The notes under the pieces are model-generated. The model did no database searches. It saw nothing but the letters and a program-made list of their open reading frames with translations, and had not been told where the DNA came from. DNA of 64,000 nucleotides from Eledone cirrhosa. Lineage: Eukaryota. This document shows positions 14,661 through 30,000 of this stretch, piece after piece; the stretch's first letter is position 1, and each line of letters opens with the position of its first letter. Made by a program: the position numbers and the translations under genes. Location: positions 79,174,001 to 79,238,000 of the forward strand of contig OZ024740.1 in the NCBI GenBank assembly GCA_964016885.1. Reading direction: 5' to 3'.

Positions 14661-17600
14661 ATAGGAACTGTTATAAGACAGCAATAGGGGTGTTTAGATA
14701 ATAGATATAACACAGTAGGAACTGTTATAAGACACTAACAATAGGGGTGTTTAGATAGATATAACACAATAGGAACAGTTATAAGACACTAACAATAGGG
14801 GTGATTAGATAGATATAACACAATAGGAACTTTTATAAGACAGCAATAGGGGTGTTTAGATAATATATATAACACCGTAGGAACTGTTGTGAGAAACTAA
14901 TAATAGGGGTTTTTAGATAGATATAACACAATAGAAACTGTTATAAGACACTAGAAATAGGGTTGTTTAGATAGATATAACACAAGAAGAACTGTTATAA
15001 GACACTAACAATAGGGATGTTTAGATAATAGATATAACAGAGCAGGAACTGATATAAGACACTAACAATATGGGTGTTTAGATAGATATAACACAATAGC
15101 AACTGTTATAAGACAGCAATAGGGGTGTTTAGATAGATATAACACAGTAGGAACTGTTATAAGACACTAACAATAGGAGTGTTTAGATACATATAACACA
15201 ATAGGAACTGTTATAAGCAACAATAGGGGTGTTTAGATCATAGATATAACACAATAGGAACTGTTATAAGACAACAATAGGAGTGTTTAGATAGATATAA
15301 CACTGTAGGAACTGTTATAAACTCTAACAATAGGGGTGTTTAGATAGATATAACAGAATAGGAACTGTTATAAGACACTAACAAGAGGGGTGTTTAGATA
15401 GTTATAACACAATAGGAACTGTTGTAAGAAAACGATAGGGGTGTTTAGATGGAGATAATACAGTAGGAACTGTTATAAGACACTAACAATATGGGTGTTT
15501 AGATAGATATAACACAATAGGAACTGTTGTAAGAAAACGATAGGGGTGTTTAGATGGAGATAATACAGTAGGAACTGTTATAAGACACTAACAATATGGG
15601 TGTTTAGATAGATATAACACAATAGGAACTGTTATGAGACAACAATAGGGGTGATTAGATAATAGATATAACACAATAGGAACTGTCATAAGACACTAAC
15701 AATAGGGGTGTTTAGATAGATATAACACAATAGGAACTGTTATAAGACACTAAAAATAGGGGAGTTTAGATAGATATAACATAATAGGAATTGTTATAAG
15801 ACACTAAAAATAGGGGTGTTTATATAGATATAACACAAGAGGAAATGTTATAAGACACTAACAATATGGGTGTTTAGATAGATATAACACAGTAGGAACT
15901 GTTATAAGACACTAACAATAGGAGTGTTTAGATAGATATAACACAATAGGAACTGTTATAAGACAACAATAGGGGTGTTTAGATAATAGATATAACACAA
16001 TAGGAACTGGTATAAGACAGCAATAGGAGTGTTTAGATAGATATAAAACAGTAGGAACTGTTATAAAACACTAACAATATGGGTGTTTAGATAGATATAA
16101 TACAGTAGGAACTGTTTTAAGACACTAACAATGTGGGTGTTTCGATAGATATAACACAATAGGAACTGTTATAAGACAACAATAGAGGTGTTTAGATAGA
16201 TATAACACAATAGGAACTGTTATAAGACAACGATAGGGGTGTTTAGATAGATATAACACAGTAAGAACTGTTATAAGACACTAACAATAGGGGTTTTTAG
16301 ATAGATATAACACAATAGGAACTGTTTTAAGACACTAACAATAGGGGTGTTTAAATAATAGATATAACACCCTAGGAACTGTTATAAGACACTAACAATA
16401 CGGGTGGTTAGATACAAATAACACAAGAGGAACTGTTATAAGACACTAAAAATAGGGGTGTTTACATAGATATAACACAATAGGAACTGTTATAAGACAC
16501 TAACAAAAGGGTTGTTTAGATAGATATAACACAAGAGGAACTGTTATAAGACACTAACAATAGGGTTGTTTAGATAGATATAACACACGAGGAACTGTTA
16601 TAAGACACTAACAATAGGAGTGTTTAGATATATATAACACAAGAGGAACTGTTATAAGACACTAAAATAGGGGTGTTTAGATAGATATAACACAATAGGA
16701 ACTGTTATAAGACACTAACAATAGGGGTGCTTAGATAATAGTTATAACACCCTAGGAACTGTTATAAGACACTAACAATAGGGGTGTTTAGATAGATATA
16801 ACACAGTATGAACTGTTATAAGACAACAATAGGGTTGTTTAGATAATAGATATAACACAGTAGGAACTGTTGTAAGACAACAATAGGTGTGTTTATATAA
16901 CAGATATAATACAGTAGGAACTGTTGTAAAACAACAATAGGGGTGTTTAGATAATAGATATAATACAGTAGGAACTGTTGTAAGAAACTAATAATAGAGG
17001 TGTTTAGATAGATATAACACAATAGGAACAGTTATGAGACACTAACAATAGGCGTGTTTAGATAGATATAACAAAATAGGAACTGTTATAAGACACTAAC
17101 AATTGGGGTGTTTAGATAATATATATAACACAGTAGGAACTGTTATAAGACACTAACAATAGGGGTGTTTAGATAGATATAACACAATAGGAACTGTTAT
17201 AAGACACTAACAATAGAGGTGATTAGATAGATATAACACAATAGGAACTGTTATAAGACAGCAATAGGTGTCTTTAGATAATATATATAACACCGTAGGA
17301 ACTGTTGTAAGAAACTAATAATAGGGGTGTTTAGATAGATATAAGACAATAGGAACAGTTATGAGACACTAACAATAGGGGTGTTTAGATAGATATAACA
17401 AAATAGGAACTGTTATAAGACACTAACAATAGGGGTGTTTAGATAATATATATAACACAGTAGGAACTGTTATAAGACACTAACAATAGGGGTGTTTAGA
17501 TAGATATAACACAATAGGAACTGTTATAAGACACTAACAATAGAGGTGATTAGATAGATATAACACAATAGGAACTGTTATAAGACAGCAATAGGTGTCT

Positions 17601-18659
17601 TTAGATAATATATATAACACCGTAGGAACTGTTGTAAGAAACTAATAATAGGGGTGTTTAGTTAGATATAACACAATAGGAACTGTTATAAGACACTAGA
17701 AATAGGGTTGTTTAGATAGATATAACACAAGAAGAACTGTTATAAGACACTAACAAAAGGGATGTTTAGATAATAGATATAACAGAGTAGGAACTGATAT
17801 AAGACACTTACAATAGGGGTGTTTAGATAGATATAACACAATAGGAACTGTTATAAGACAGCAATAGGGGTGTTTAGATAGATATAACACAGTAGGAACT
17901 GTTATAAGACACTAACAATAGGAGTGTTTAGATAGATATAACATAATAGGAACTGTTATAAGCAACAATAGGGGTGTTTAGATAATAGATATAACACAAT
18001 AGGAACTGTTATAAGAAAACAATAGGGGTGTTTAGATAGATATAACACTGTAGGAACTGTTATAAACTCTAACAATAGGAGTGTTTAGATAATAGATATA
18101 ACACAGAAGGAACTGTTATAAGACACTAACAATAGGGGTATTTAGATAGTTATAACACAATAGGAACTGTTGTAAGAAAACGATAGGAGTGTTTAGATGG
18201 AGATAATACAGTAGGAAATGTTATAAGACACTAACAATATGGGTGTTTAGATAGATATAACACAATAGGAGCTGTTATGAGACAACAATAGGGTGGTTTA
18301 GATAATAGATATAACACAGTAGGAACTGTCATAAGACACTAACAATAGGGGTGTTTAGATAGATATAACACAATAGGAACTGTTATAAGACACTAAAAAT
18401 AGGGGTGTTTAGATAGATATAACACAATAGGAACTGTTATAAGACAATAACAATAGGGGTGTTTATATAGATATAACACAAGAGGAACTGTTATAAGACA
18501 ATAACAATAGGCGTGTTTAGATAGATATAACACAATAGGAACTGTTATGAGACAACAATAGGGGTATTTAGATAATTGATATAACACAGTAGGAACGGTT
18601 ATAAGACACTAACAGTAGGGGTATTTAGATAGATATAACACAATAGGAACTGTTATAAG

Positions 18660-21600
18660 ACACAAAAAATAGGGGTGTTTAGATAATTGGTATAACATAG
18701 TAGGAACTGTTATAAGACAACAATAGGGTTGTTTAGATAGATATAACACAATAGAACAGTTAGGAGACACTAACAATATGGGTGTTTAGATAGATATAAC
18801 ACAATTGGAACTGTTATAAGACACTAGCAATAGTGGTGTTTAGATAGATATAACACAATAGGAACTGTTATAAGACAGCAATAGCAGTGTTTAGATCGAT
18901 ATAACACAGTAAGAACTGGTATAAGTCACTAACAATAGGGGTATTTAGATAGATATAACAGAATAGGAACTGTTGTAAGACAACAATAGGGGTGTTTAGA
19001 TACATATAAAAAAGTAGGAACTGTTATAAGACACTAACAATAGGAGTGTTTAGATAGATATAACACAATAGGAACTGTTATAAGACAACAATAGGGGTGT
19101 TTAGATAATAGATATAACACAATAGGAACTGGTATAAGACAGCAATAGGAGTGTTTAGATAGATATAAAACAGTAGGAACTGTTATAAAACACTAACAAT
19201 AGGGGTGTTTCGATAGATATAACACAATAGGAACTGGTATAAGACAACAATAGGGTGTTTAGATAGATATAACACAGTAGGAACTGTTATAAGACAGCAA
19301 TAGGAGTGTTTAGATCGATATAACACAGTAAGAACTGGTATAAGACACTAACAATAGGGCTGTTTAGATAGATATAACACAATAGGAACTGTTATAAGAG
19401 TCTAAAAATAGGCGTGTTTAGATAATAGATATAACATAGTAGGAACTGTTATAAGACACTAACAATTTAGATAGATATAACAGAATAGGAACTGTTGTAA
19501 GACAAAAATAAGTGTGTTTAGATACATATAAAAAAGTAGGAACTGTTATAAGACACTAACAATATGGGTGCTAATATAGATATAACACTGTAGGAACTGT
19601 TATAAACACTAACAATAGGGCTGTATAGATAGGTATAACACAATAGGAACTGTTATAAGACACTAACAATAGGGGTGTTCAGATAGATATAACAGAATAT
19701 GAATGGTTATGAGACAGCAATAGGAGTGATTAGAAAGATATAACACAGAAGGAACTGTTATAAGACACTAACAATAGGGCTGTTTGGATAGATATAACAC
19801 AATAGGAACTGTTATAAGACACTAGCAATTGGGGTGTTTATATAGATATAACACAATCGGAATTGGTATAAGACAGAAATAGGGGTGTTTAGATAGATAT
19901 AACACAGTAGGAACTGTTTTAGGACACTAACAAAAAGAGTGTTTAGATAGATATAACACAATAGGAACTGTTATAAGACAACAATACGGGTATTTAGATA
20001 ATAGATATACCATTGTAGGAACTGTTATAAGATACTAATAATAGGGGTGTTTACATAGATATAACACAATAGGAACTATTATAAGACACTAAAAAAGGGG
20101 TGTTTAGATAGATATAACACAATAGGAACTGTTATAAGACACTAACAGTAGGGGTGTTTAGATAATGGATATAACACAGTAGGAACTGTTATAAGACACT
20201 AACAATAGGGGTGTTTAGATAGATATAACACAATAGGAACTGTTATAGACACCTAAAATAGGGCGGTTTAGATAGATATAACACAATAGGAACTGTTATA
20301 AGACACTAGCAATAGGGGTGTTTAGATAATAGATATAACACAATAGTAAATTTTATAAGACAACAATAGGGATGTTTAGATAATAGATATAACACAGTAG
20401 GAACAGTTATAAGACACTAACAATAGGGGTGTTTAGATAATAGTTATAACACAGAAGGAACTGTTATAAGATACTAACAATAGAGGTATTTAGATAATTA
20501 TAACAGAATAGGAAATGTCATAAGACACTAACAATAGGAGTGTGTAGATAGATATAACAGAGTAGGAATTGTTATAAGACACTAACAATAGGGGTGTTTA
20601 GAATCATATAACACAGTAGTAACTGTTATAAGACACTAACAATAGGGGTATTTAGATAGATATAACAGAATAGGAACTGTTGTAAGACAACAATAGGTGT
20701 GTTTAGATACATATAAAAAAGTAGGAACTGTTATAAGACACCAACAATAGGCGTGTTTAGAGAGATATAACACAATAGGAACTGTTCTAAAACATTAAAA
20801 ATAGTGATGTTTAGATAGATATAAACAATAGGAACTGTTATAAGACAACAATAGGGGTGTTTAGATAATAGCTATAACACAGTAGGAACTGTTATAATGC
20901 ACTAACAACAGTTGTGTTTAGATAGACATAACACAATACGAACTGTTGTAAGATAACGATAGGGATGTTTAGATAGATATAATACATAAGGAACTGTTAT
21001 AAGACACTAACAATATGGGTGTTTAGATAGATATAACACAATAGGAACTGTTGTAAGACAACAATAGGTATGTTTAGATAGATATACAAATGTAGGAACT
21101 GTTATAAGACACTAACAATAGGGGTGTTTAGATAGATATAACACAATAGGAACTGTCATAAGACACTAACAATAGGACTGTTTAGATATATATAACACAA
21201 TAGGAACTGTTATAAGACACTAACAATAGCGGTGTTTAGATAGATATAACACAGTAGGAACTGTTATAAGACACTAACAATATGGGTGTTTATATAGATA
21301 TAACACAATAGGAACTGTTATAAGTCAACAATATGGGTGTTTAGATAATAGATATAACACAGTAGGAACTGTTATAAGACACTAAAAATAGGGGTGTTTA
21401 GATAATTGGTATAACATAGTAGGAACTGTTATAAGACAACAATAGGGTTGTTTAGATAGATATAACACAATAGAACAGTTAGGAGACACTAACAATATGG
21501 GTGTTTAGATAGATATAACACAATTGGAACTGTTATAAGACACTAGCAATAGTGGTGTTTAGATAGATATAACACAATAGGAACTGTTATAAGACAGCAA

Positions 21601-24000
21601 TAGCAGTGTTTAGATCGATATAACACAGTAAGAACTGGTATAAGTCACTAACAATAGGGGTATTTAGATAGATATAACAGAATAGGAACTGTTGTAAGAC
21701 AACAATAGGGGTGTTTAGATACATATAAAAAAGTAGGAACTGTTATAAGACACTAACAATAGGAGTGTTTAGATAGATATAACACAATAGGAACTGTTAT
21801 AAGACAACAATAGGGGTGTTTAGATAATAGATATAACACAATAGGAACTGGTATAAGACAGCAATAGGAGTGTTTAGATAGATATAAAACAGTAGGAACT
21901 GTTATAAAACACTAACAATAGGGGTGTTTCGATAGATATAACACAATAGGAACTGGTATAAGACAACAATAGGGTGTTTAGATAGATATAACACAGTAGG
22001 AACTGTTATAAGACAGCAATAGGAGTGTTTAGATCGATATAACACAGTAAGAACTGGTATAAGACACTAACAATAGGGCTGTTTAGATAGATATAACACA
22101 ATAGGAACTGTTATAAGAGTCTAAAAATAGGCGTGTTTAGATAATAGATATAACATAGTAGGAACTGTTATAAGACACTAACAATAGGGGTATTTAGATA
22201 GATATAACAGAATAGGAACTGTTGTAAGACAAAAATAAGTGTGTTTAGATACATATAAAAAAGTAGGAACTGTTATAAGACACTAACAATATGGGTGCTA
22301 ATATAGATATAACACTGTAGGAACTGTTATAAACACTAACAATAGGGCTGTATAGATAGGTATAACACAATAGGAACTGTTATAAGACACTAACAATAGG
22401 GGTGTTCAGATAGATATAACAGAATATGAATGGTTATGAGACAGCAATAGGAGTGATTAGATAGATATAACACAGAAGGAACTGTTATAAGACACTAACA
22501 ATAGGGCTGTTTGGATAGATATAACACAATAGGAACTGTTATAAGACACTAGCAATTGGGGTGTTTATATAGATATAACACAATCGGAATTGGTATAAGA
22601 CAGAAATAGGGGTGTTTAGATAGATATAACACAGTAGGAACTGTTTTAGGACACTAACAAAAAGAGTGTTTAGATAGATATAACACAATAGGAACTGTTA
22701 TAAGACAACAATACGGGTATTTAGATAATAGATATACCATTGTAGGAACTGTTATAAGATACTAATAATAGGGGTGTTTACATAGATATAACACAATAGG
22801 AACTATTATAAGACACTAAAAAAGGGGTGTTTAGATAGATATAACACAATAGGAACTGTTATAAGACACTAACAGTAGGGGTGTTTAGATAATGGATATA
22901 ACACAGTAGGAACTGTTATAAGACACTAACAATAGGGGTGTTTAGATAGATATAACACAATAGGAACTGTTATAGACACCTAAAATAGGGCGGTTTAGAT
23001 AGATATAACACAATAGGAACTGTTATAAGACACTAGCAATAGGGGTGTTTAGATAATAGATATAACACAATAGTAAATTTTATAAGACAACAATAGGGAT
23101 GTTTAGATAATAGATATAACACAGTAGGAACAGTTATAAGACACTAACAATAGGGGTGTTTAGATAATAGTTATAACACAGAAGGAACTGTTATAAGATA
23201 CTAACAATAGAGGTATTTAGATAATTATAACAGAATAGGAAATGTCATAAGACACTAACAATAGGAGTGTGTAGATAGATATAACAGAGTAGGAATTGTT
23301 ATAAGACACTAACAATAGGGGTGTTTAGAATCATATAACACAGTAGTAACTGTTATAAGACACTAACAATAGGGGTATTTAGATAGATATAACAGAATAG
23401 GAACTGTTGTAAGACAACAATAGGTGTGTTTAGATACATATAAAAAAGTAGGAACTGTTATAAGACACCAACAATAGGCGTGTTTAGAGAGATATAACAC
23501 AATAGGAACTGTTCTAAAACATTAAAAATAGTGATGTTTAGATAGATATAAACAATAGGAACTGTTATAAGACAACAATAGGGGTGTTTAGATAATAGCT
23601 ATAACACAGTAGGAACTGTTATAATGCACTAACAACAGTTGTGTTTAGATAGACATAACACAATACGAACTGTTGTAAGATAACGATAGGGATGTTTAGA
23701 TAGATATAATACATAAGGAACTGTTATAAGACACTAACAATATGGGTGTTTAGATAGATATAACACAATAGGAACTGTTGTAAGACAACAATAGGTATGT
23801 TTAGATAGATATACAAATGTAGGAACTGTTATAAGACACTAACAATAGGGGTGTTTAGATAGATATAACACAATAGGAACTGTCATAAGACACTAACAAT
23901 AGGACTGTTTAGATATATATAACACAATAGGAACTGTTATAAGACACTAACAATAGCGGTGTTTAGATAGATATAACACAGTAGGAACTGTTATAAGACA
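18660..24000. repeat. ~2.73-kb tandem duplication nested in 19-kb copy 1
   Basis: Markers TAGAACAGTTAGGAGAC at 18752/21471 and GAATCATATA at 20601/23328. Confidence 0.88.
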
Positions 24001-27000
24001 CTAAAAATAGGGGTATTTAGATAGATATAACACAATAGGAACTGTTGTAAGACAACAATAGGTGTGTTTAGATAGATATAACACAGTAGGAACTATTATA
24101 AGACACTAACAATTGGGGTGTTTAGATAGATATAACACAATTGGAACTGGTATAAGACAGAAATAGGGGTGTTTAGATAGATATAACACAGTAGGAACTG
24201 TTATAAGACACTAACAATAAGAGTGTTTAGATAGATAGGACACAATAGGAACTGTTTTAAGACACTAACAATAGGGGTGTTTAGATAGATATAACACAAT
24301 AGGAACTGCTATAAGACACTAACAATAGGGGTGTTTAGATAGATATAGCAGAATAGGAACAGTTATGAGACACTAACAATAGGTGTGTTTAGATAGATAT
24401 AACACAATAGGAACTGTTATAAGACACTAACAATAGGGGTGGTTAGATAATAGATATAACATAGTAGGAACTGTTACAAGACACTAACAATAGGGGTCTT
24501 TAGATAGATATAACACAATTGGAACTGTTATAAGACAACAATAGGGATGTTTAGATAATATTTATAACACCATAGGAACTGTTATAAGACACTAACAATA
24601 GGGGTGTTTAGATAATAGATATAACACAGTAGGCACTTTTATAAGACACTAACAATAGTGGTGTTTAGATAGATATTAAAAAGTAGGAACTGTTATAAGA
24701 CAACAATAGGTGTGTTTAGATAATAGCTATAACACAGTAGGAACTGTCATAAGACACTATCAATAGGGGTGTTTAGATAGATATAACACAATAGGAACTG
24801 TTATAGGACAACAATATGGGTGTTTAGATATTAGATATACCACAGTAGGAACTGTTTTAATACACTAACAATAGGGGTGTTTAGATAGATATAACACAAT
24901 AGGAACTGTTATAAGAAAACAATATGTTTGTTTAGATAATAGATATAACACAGTAGGAACTGTTATAAGATACTAACAATAGGGGTGTTTTGATAGATAT
25001 AACACAATAGTAACTGTTATAAGACAAAAAATAGGGATGTTTAGATAATAAAAATAACACAGTAGGAACTGTTATAAGACACTAACAATAGGGGTGTTTA
25101 GATAGATATAACACATGGGGAAATGTTATAAGACACTAACAATAGGGGTGTTTAGATAATAGATATAACACAATAGGAACTGTTATGAGACACCAACAAT
25201 AGGGGTGTTTAGATAGATATAACACAATAGGTACTATTATAAGACACTAACAATACGGGTGTTTAGATAGATATAACACAATAGGAACTGTTATGGGACA
25301 CTAACAATAGGGGTGTTTAGATAGATATAACACAATAGGAGCTGTTATAAGACACTAACAATAGGGCTGTTTATATAGATATAACACAATAGTAACTGTC
25401 ATGAGACACTAACAATAGGGGTGTTTAGATAATAGCTATAACACAGTAGGAACTGTTATGAGACACTAACAACGGGGGTGTTTAGATAGATATAACACAA
25501 TAGGAACTGTTATAAGACCCTAACAATAGGGGTGGTTAGATAATAGATATAACATAGTAGGAACTGTTATAAGACACTAACAATATGGGTCTTTTAGATA
25601 GATATAACACAATTGGAACTGTTATAAGACAACAATAGTGGTGTTTAGATAGATATAACACAGTAGAAACTGTTATAAGACACTAACAATAGGGGTGTTT
25701 AGATAGATATAACAAAGTAGGAACTGTTATAAGACATCAATAGGGGTGTATAGATAATATCTATAACACAGTAAGAACTGTCATAATACACTAACAATAG
25801 TGGTTTTTAGACAGATATAACACAATAGGAACTGTTATTAGACAACAATAGGGTGTTTAGTTAGATATAACACAATAGGAACTGTTATAAGACACAAACC
25901 ATATGGCGGTTTAGATAGTAGATATAACACAGTAAGAACTGTTATAAGACACTAACAATAGGGGTGTTTAGATAATAGATTTAACACTAGGAACCGTTAT
26001 AAGACACTAACAATAGGGGTGTCTAGATAGATATAACACAATAGGAACTGTTATAAGACACTAACAATAGGGGTGTTTAGGTAGATATAACACAATAGAA
26101 ACTGTTATTAGACAACAATAGGTGTTTTTAGATAGGTATAACACTGTAGGAACTGTTATAAGACACTATCAATACGGGTGTTTAGATAGATATAACACAA
26201 TAGGAATTGTTATAAGACAACAATAGGGGTGTTTAGATAATAGATATAACACAGTAGGAACTGTTTTAAGACACTAAAAATAGCGGTGATTATATAGATA
26301 TAACACCATAGGAACTATTATAAGACACTAACAATAGGGGTGTTTAGATAATAACTATAACACAGTAGGAACTGTCATAAGACACTAACAATAGGGGTGT
26401 TTAGATAGTAGATATAACACAGTAAGAACTGTTATAAGACACTAACAATAGGTGTGTTTAGATAGATATAACACAATAGGAACTGTTATAATACAATAAC
26501 AATAGGGGTGTTTCGATAGATATAGCACAGTAGGAACTGTTATAAGACACTAACAATAGGGGTGTTTAGATAGATATAACACAATAAGAACTGTTATAAG
26601 ACAACAATAGGGGTGTTTAGATAATATATATAACACAGTAGGAACTGTTATAAGATACTAACAATAGGGGCGTTTATATAGATATAACACAATATAAACA
26701 GTTATAAGACAACAATAGGGGTATTCGATTGGTATAACACTGTAGGAACTGTTATGAGACATTATCAATACGGGTGTTTAAATAGATATAACACAGTAGG
26801 AACTGTTTTAAAACACTAACAATAGCGGTGTTTATACAGATATAACACCATAGGAAGTATTATAAGACACTAACAATAGTGGTATTTAGATAATAGATAT
26901 AACACAGTAGGAACTGTTATAAGACACTAACAATAGGGGTGTTTAGATAGATATAACAAAGTAGGAACTGTTATAAGAGAACAATAGGGGTGTTTAGATA

Positions 27001-30000
27001 ATAGTTACAACACAGTAGGAACTGTCATAAGACACTAATAATAGGGGTGTTTAGATAGATATAACACAATAGGAACTGTTATAAGACAACAATATGGGTG
27101 TTTAGATAATAGATATAACACAGTAGGAACTGTTATAAGACACTAACAATACGGTGTTTAGATAGATATAACACAATAGGAACTGTTGTAAGACAACAAT
27201 AGGGGTGTTTAGATAGATATAACAGAATAGAAACTGTTATAAGACAACAATAGGGGTGTTTAGATAGATATAACACAATAGGAACTGTTATAAGATACTA
27301 ACGATAGGGGTTTTTAGATAGACATAACACAGTAGGAACTGTTATAAGACACTAACAATAGAGGTGTTTAGATAATAGATAGAACACAATAGGAACTGTT
27401 ATAAGACAGCAATAGGGTTGTTCAGATAATAGATAAAACACAGTAGGAACTGTTATACACACTAACAATAGGGGTGTTTAGATAGATATAACACAATAGC
27501 AACTGTTATAAGACAATAGGGGTGTTTAGATAATAAATATAATACATTAAGAACTGTTATGAGACACTAACAATAGGGGCATTTAGATAGATATAACACA
27601 ATAGGAACTGTTGTAAGACAACAATAGGGGTGTTTAGATAGATATAACACAATAGGAACTGTTATAAGACACTAACAATAGAGGTGATTAAATAGATATA
27701 ACACAGTAGGAACAGTTATAACACACTGACAATAGGGGTGTTTAGATAGATATAACACAATAGGAACTGTTATAAGACAGCAATAGGGGTGTTTACATAG
27801 ATATAACACAGCAAGAACTGTTATAAGACACAAACAATACGACGGTTTAGATAGATATAAAAGAATAGGAACTGTTATAAGAGAGCAATAAAAGTTTTTA
27901 GATAGATATAATACAGTAGGAACATGTTATAAGACACAACAATAGAACTGTTTATATAGATATAACACAATAGGAACTGTTATAAGACGCTAAAAATAGG
28001 GGTGTTTAGACAGATATAACACAGTTAGAACTGTTAGAAGACACAAACAATAGGGGTGTTTAGATAGATATAACACAATAGGAACTGTTATAATACAACA
28101 ATAGGGGTGTTTAGATAGATATAACACAGTTAAAACTGTTATAAGACACAAACAATAGGGGTGTTTAGATAGATATAACACAATAGGAATTGTTGTAAGA
28201 CAACAATAGGGGTGTTTAGATAGATATAACACAATAGGAACAGTTATAAGACACTAACAATAGGGATGGTTAGATAGATATAACACAATAGGAACTGTTA
28301 TAAGACAACAATAGGGGTGTTTAGATAGATATAACACAATAGGAACTGTTATAAGCCAACAATAGGGGCGTTTAGATAATAGATATAACTCAGTAGGAAC
28401 TGTTATAAGACACTAACAATAGGGGTGTTTAGATAGATATAACACAATAGGAACTGTTGTAAGACAACAATAGGGGTGTTTAGATAGATATAACACAGTA
28501 GAAACTGTTATAAGACAATAATAGGGTTTTTTAGATATATATAATGCAATAGGAACTGTTATAAGATACAAACAATAGGGGTGTTTAGATAGATATAACA
28601 CAGTAGGAACTGTTATAAGACACTAACAATAGGGGTGTTTAGATAATAGATAGAACACAATAGGAACTGTTATAAGACAGCAATAGGGTTGTTTTAGATA
28701 ATAGATATGACAGAAGGAACTGTTATAAGACAACGATAGGGGTGTCTAGATAGATATAAAACAATAGGAACTGTTATAAGAAACTAACAATAGGGGTATT
28801 TAGATAGATATAACACAATAGGAACTACTATAAGACACTAACAATAGGGATGTTTAGATAGATATAACACAATAGGAACTGTTATAATACAACAATAGGG
28901 GTGTTTAGATAATAGATATAACACAGTAGGAACTGTTATAACACACTAACAATAGGGGTGTTTAGATAGATATAACACAATAGGAACTGTTATAAGACAG
29001 CAGTAGGAGTTTTTAGATAGATATAACAAAGTAGGAACTGTTATAAACTCTAACAATAGGACTGTTTAGATAGACATAACACAATAGGAACTGTTATAAG
29101 ACTCTAAAAATAGGGGTGTTTAGATAGATATAACACAGTTGGAACTGTTATAAGACACAAACAATAGGGGTGTTTAGATAGATATAATACAATAGGAACT
29201 GTTATAAGACACTAACAATAGGGGTGTTTAGATAGATATAACACAGTAGGAACTGTTATAAGACACTAACAATAGGGGTGTTTAGATAGATATAACCGAG
29301 TTAGAACTGTTATAAGACACTAACAATAGGGGTGTTTAGATAATAGATATATCACAGTAGAAACTGTCATAAGACACTAACACTAGGGATGTTTAGATAT
29401 ATATAACACGATAGGAACTGTTATAAGATACTAACAATAGGGGTGTTTAGATAGATATAAGACAGTAGGAACTGTTATAAGACACTAACAATAGGGCTGT
29501 TTAGATAGATATAACACAATAGGAACTGTCATAAGACACCAATAGAGGTGTTTAGATAATAGCTATAACACAGTAGAAACTGTCATAAGACACTAACAAT
29601 ATGGTTGTTTAGATAGATATAACGCAATAGGAACTGTTATAAGACAACAATAGGGGTGTTTAGATTATAAATATAACACAGTAGGAACTGTTATAATACA
29701 CTAACGATAGGGATATTTAGATAGATATAACACAGTAGGAACTGTTATAAGACAAAAATAGGGGTGTTTAGATAATAGATAAAACACAGCAGGAACTGTT
29801 ATAAGACACTAACTATAGGGGTATTTAGATAGATATAACTGAATAGGAACTGTTGTAAGACAACAACAGGTGTGTTTAGATACATATAAAAAAGTAGGAA
29901 CTGTTATAAGACACTAACAATAGGGGTGTTTAGATAGATATAACACAGTAGGAACTGTTATAAGACACTAACAATAGGGGTGTTTAGATAATAGATAGAA